Under the pieces are notes generated by a model that was given only the letters and a program-made list of their open reading frames with translations, searched no databases and was not told the DNA's origin. A stretch of DNA of 64,000 nucleotides from Takakia lepidozioides. Taxonomy: Eukaryota; Plantae; Bryophyta. The stretch spans positions 54,312,001-54,376,000 of the forward strand of contig CM060731.1 in NCBI GenBank assembly GCA_030704615.1. The letters are read 5' to 3'. The position numbers were made by a program, and so were the translations under genes. Positions 62,581 to 64,000 of the stretch are shown piece after piece; position 1 is the first letter of the stretch, and each line of letters begins with the position of its first letter.

Positions 62581-62869
62581 GAATGGGTGATGCCTGGTAG
62601 GTGAACCTCATGTGTATTTTGATGCCTGTGCCAGTCTTTGAGCACTGAAAAAGTGCAGATGGATCTGTATGTATTTGTAAGCCTATACGTTTTGATGTGA
62701 GGTTCTCTGGTTTTATGACAGGAATAAAACAATTGTGAGCAGGAAGTGAAGGGCTCTCTCCTATTGGAATTCCTCAATCAACATAGTTGGGCCTGAATCA
62801 AACATCAATGGCCTAGGCCTTTCGTCTACTAGGTGTTGCTGCTAAAAAAATAACCGATTGTGAGAGGGT

Positions 62870-63150
62870 CCACCTTTTTGTCTCCATTGTCCCACAATTG
62901 ACTGGAGTCGGAGAAGTGTTCATTCCAAAGCTTCTCCTCGTCTCTCTTATCTGTTTTTGGATACTCTCCTGCTGCCACATCGGCACTAACTTGTCAATTC
63001 ATTCCAAACCACCACAGATCCACTGCAACATATGGCAAATGAAAGGCTACAACTTGGATGCAGACACCATATTCAATTTGCAAATTCTGGGCCGAGTCTG
63101 ATGAGAGCGCAAAACAGGCTGAAATAGGTCGAAGAAGAAGGTACCCTCAC
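62870..63150 (-). pseudogene. PDF-motif exon fragment
   Basis: EKLWNEHFSDSSQLWDNGDKK|GT on the minus strand. Confidence 0.7.
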
Positions 63151-63169
63151 CACATTGTCCTTGACGTTG

Positions 63170-64000
63170 TGTCATGACCCATGGAGACCATCAACCCAAA
63201 AGGACCTTTTGTGTGTGCTGCTTGTGTCCGTAGTCAGGTAATGTTGGATTGGTCTGTGAGAACCACCACGGTCCAGCTAAGCCGGCAGAGATTGAAACAC
63301 GGCCTGGCAAGACCAAGCTGACTCTCGCAAGAACCTTGTAAACATCAAGAAGAATACCAAATCATGGTACTAACAGGAGGCAGAGATTGAAACACGGCCT
63401 GGCAAGACCAAGCTAACTCTCGCAAGAATCTTGTAAACATCAGGAAGAATACCAAATCATGGTACTAACAGGAGCCAATAGCCCACATTGGACTCCAGCA
63501 CCAGCCAGCAATAATCCTAAAGCAACCTTGCTTGCCAAACCTATGTAAACCTGTTCTAAATGCCAGGCCGTATCAACCTATGTAGCCATTGCGCGCTCTC
63601 TCAGAGGTACTTTATATAAAAGGGCAGTCCCTATCATAACCGTCTCTAATGCCAAGTTCTCTCCGGGGTTTTTTCTCTCCCAGGCTCCCTCAGGCCTCGT
63701 ACCTCTAGCATAATGTAGTCCATATATTCCAAGTTTCATCTGATCTCAGTGCTATTCAAGGTAGTTATTTCGAGGATGCCTTAGATTGGCTCCTTCTTCA
63801 ACATCCACAATCTATGGCCTCTGGCAACTGATACTCAAGAGACAGTCCAGATCCCTTATGTAGTTCTTAGTCGTTCTCTCATGTTGAGAGGGTGGGTTTG
63901 TTGTTCACTGCTAGCAGTGTGTGTACCTCATGGCGAAATCAGGGGTTTTAATTTTTTTTCCCCACAATAATTTTAAATAAAGTCTCCCAGGGCTACTATC
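63170..64000 (+). mobile_element. Probable LTR running off the window
   Basis: Starts TGTCATGACC where the PDF-gene homology ends; 95-bp tandem duplication 63284-63378 / 63379-63473; TATA-like TATATAAA at ~63613. Confidence 0.45.

Overview
Eukaryotic nuclear DNA from a land plant, most likely a seed-free plant such as a bryophyte; this is inferred from the PLS-class PPR-DYW genes, GT-AG introns and transposon types. Positions 1-47.9 kb are a deeply nested transposon stack. An L1 LINE is interrupted by a Sola-like DNA transposon, which holds two insertions. The first is a pair of same-family Ty3/gypsy copies nested head-to-head (1-11987). The second is a 27.8-kb Ty3/gypsy element (15691-43452, minus strand) whose polyprotein has a C5-cytosine DNA methyltransferase domain between protease and RT, a PHD finger after integrase, and split-direct-repeat termini. 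That gypsy is interrupted by a CACTA element (31882-37843, TGT TSD) carrying PPR/PDF gene fragments. It is also interrupted by an 11.2-kb Mutator-like element (17469-28674, 9-bp TSD) encoding a GCM-MULE-SWIM transposase and, divergently, a multi-exon ParB-like + beta-class amino-methyltransferase gene whose introns carry an array of a 20-bp palindrome. Positions 49.5-56 kb hold two divergent host genes: a DHH-family phosphoesterase-like gene and a PLS-PPR gene with an N-terminal OSB/PTAC9-type PDF ssDNA-binding motif and a decayed DYW domain. The remainder contains a tRNA-derived SINE, a Helitron-like insert and shattered PDF-PPR paralogs. All TE ORFs carry stops or frameshifts. Domain calls come from manual motif recognition; no searches were run.
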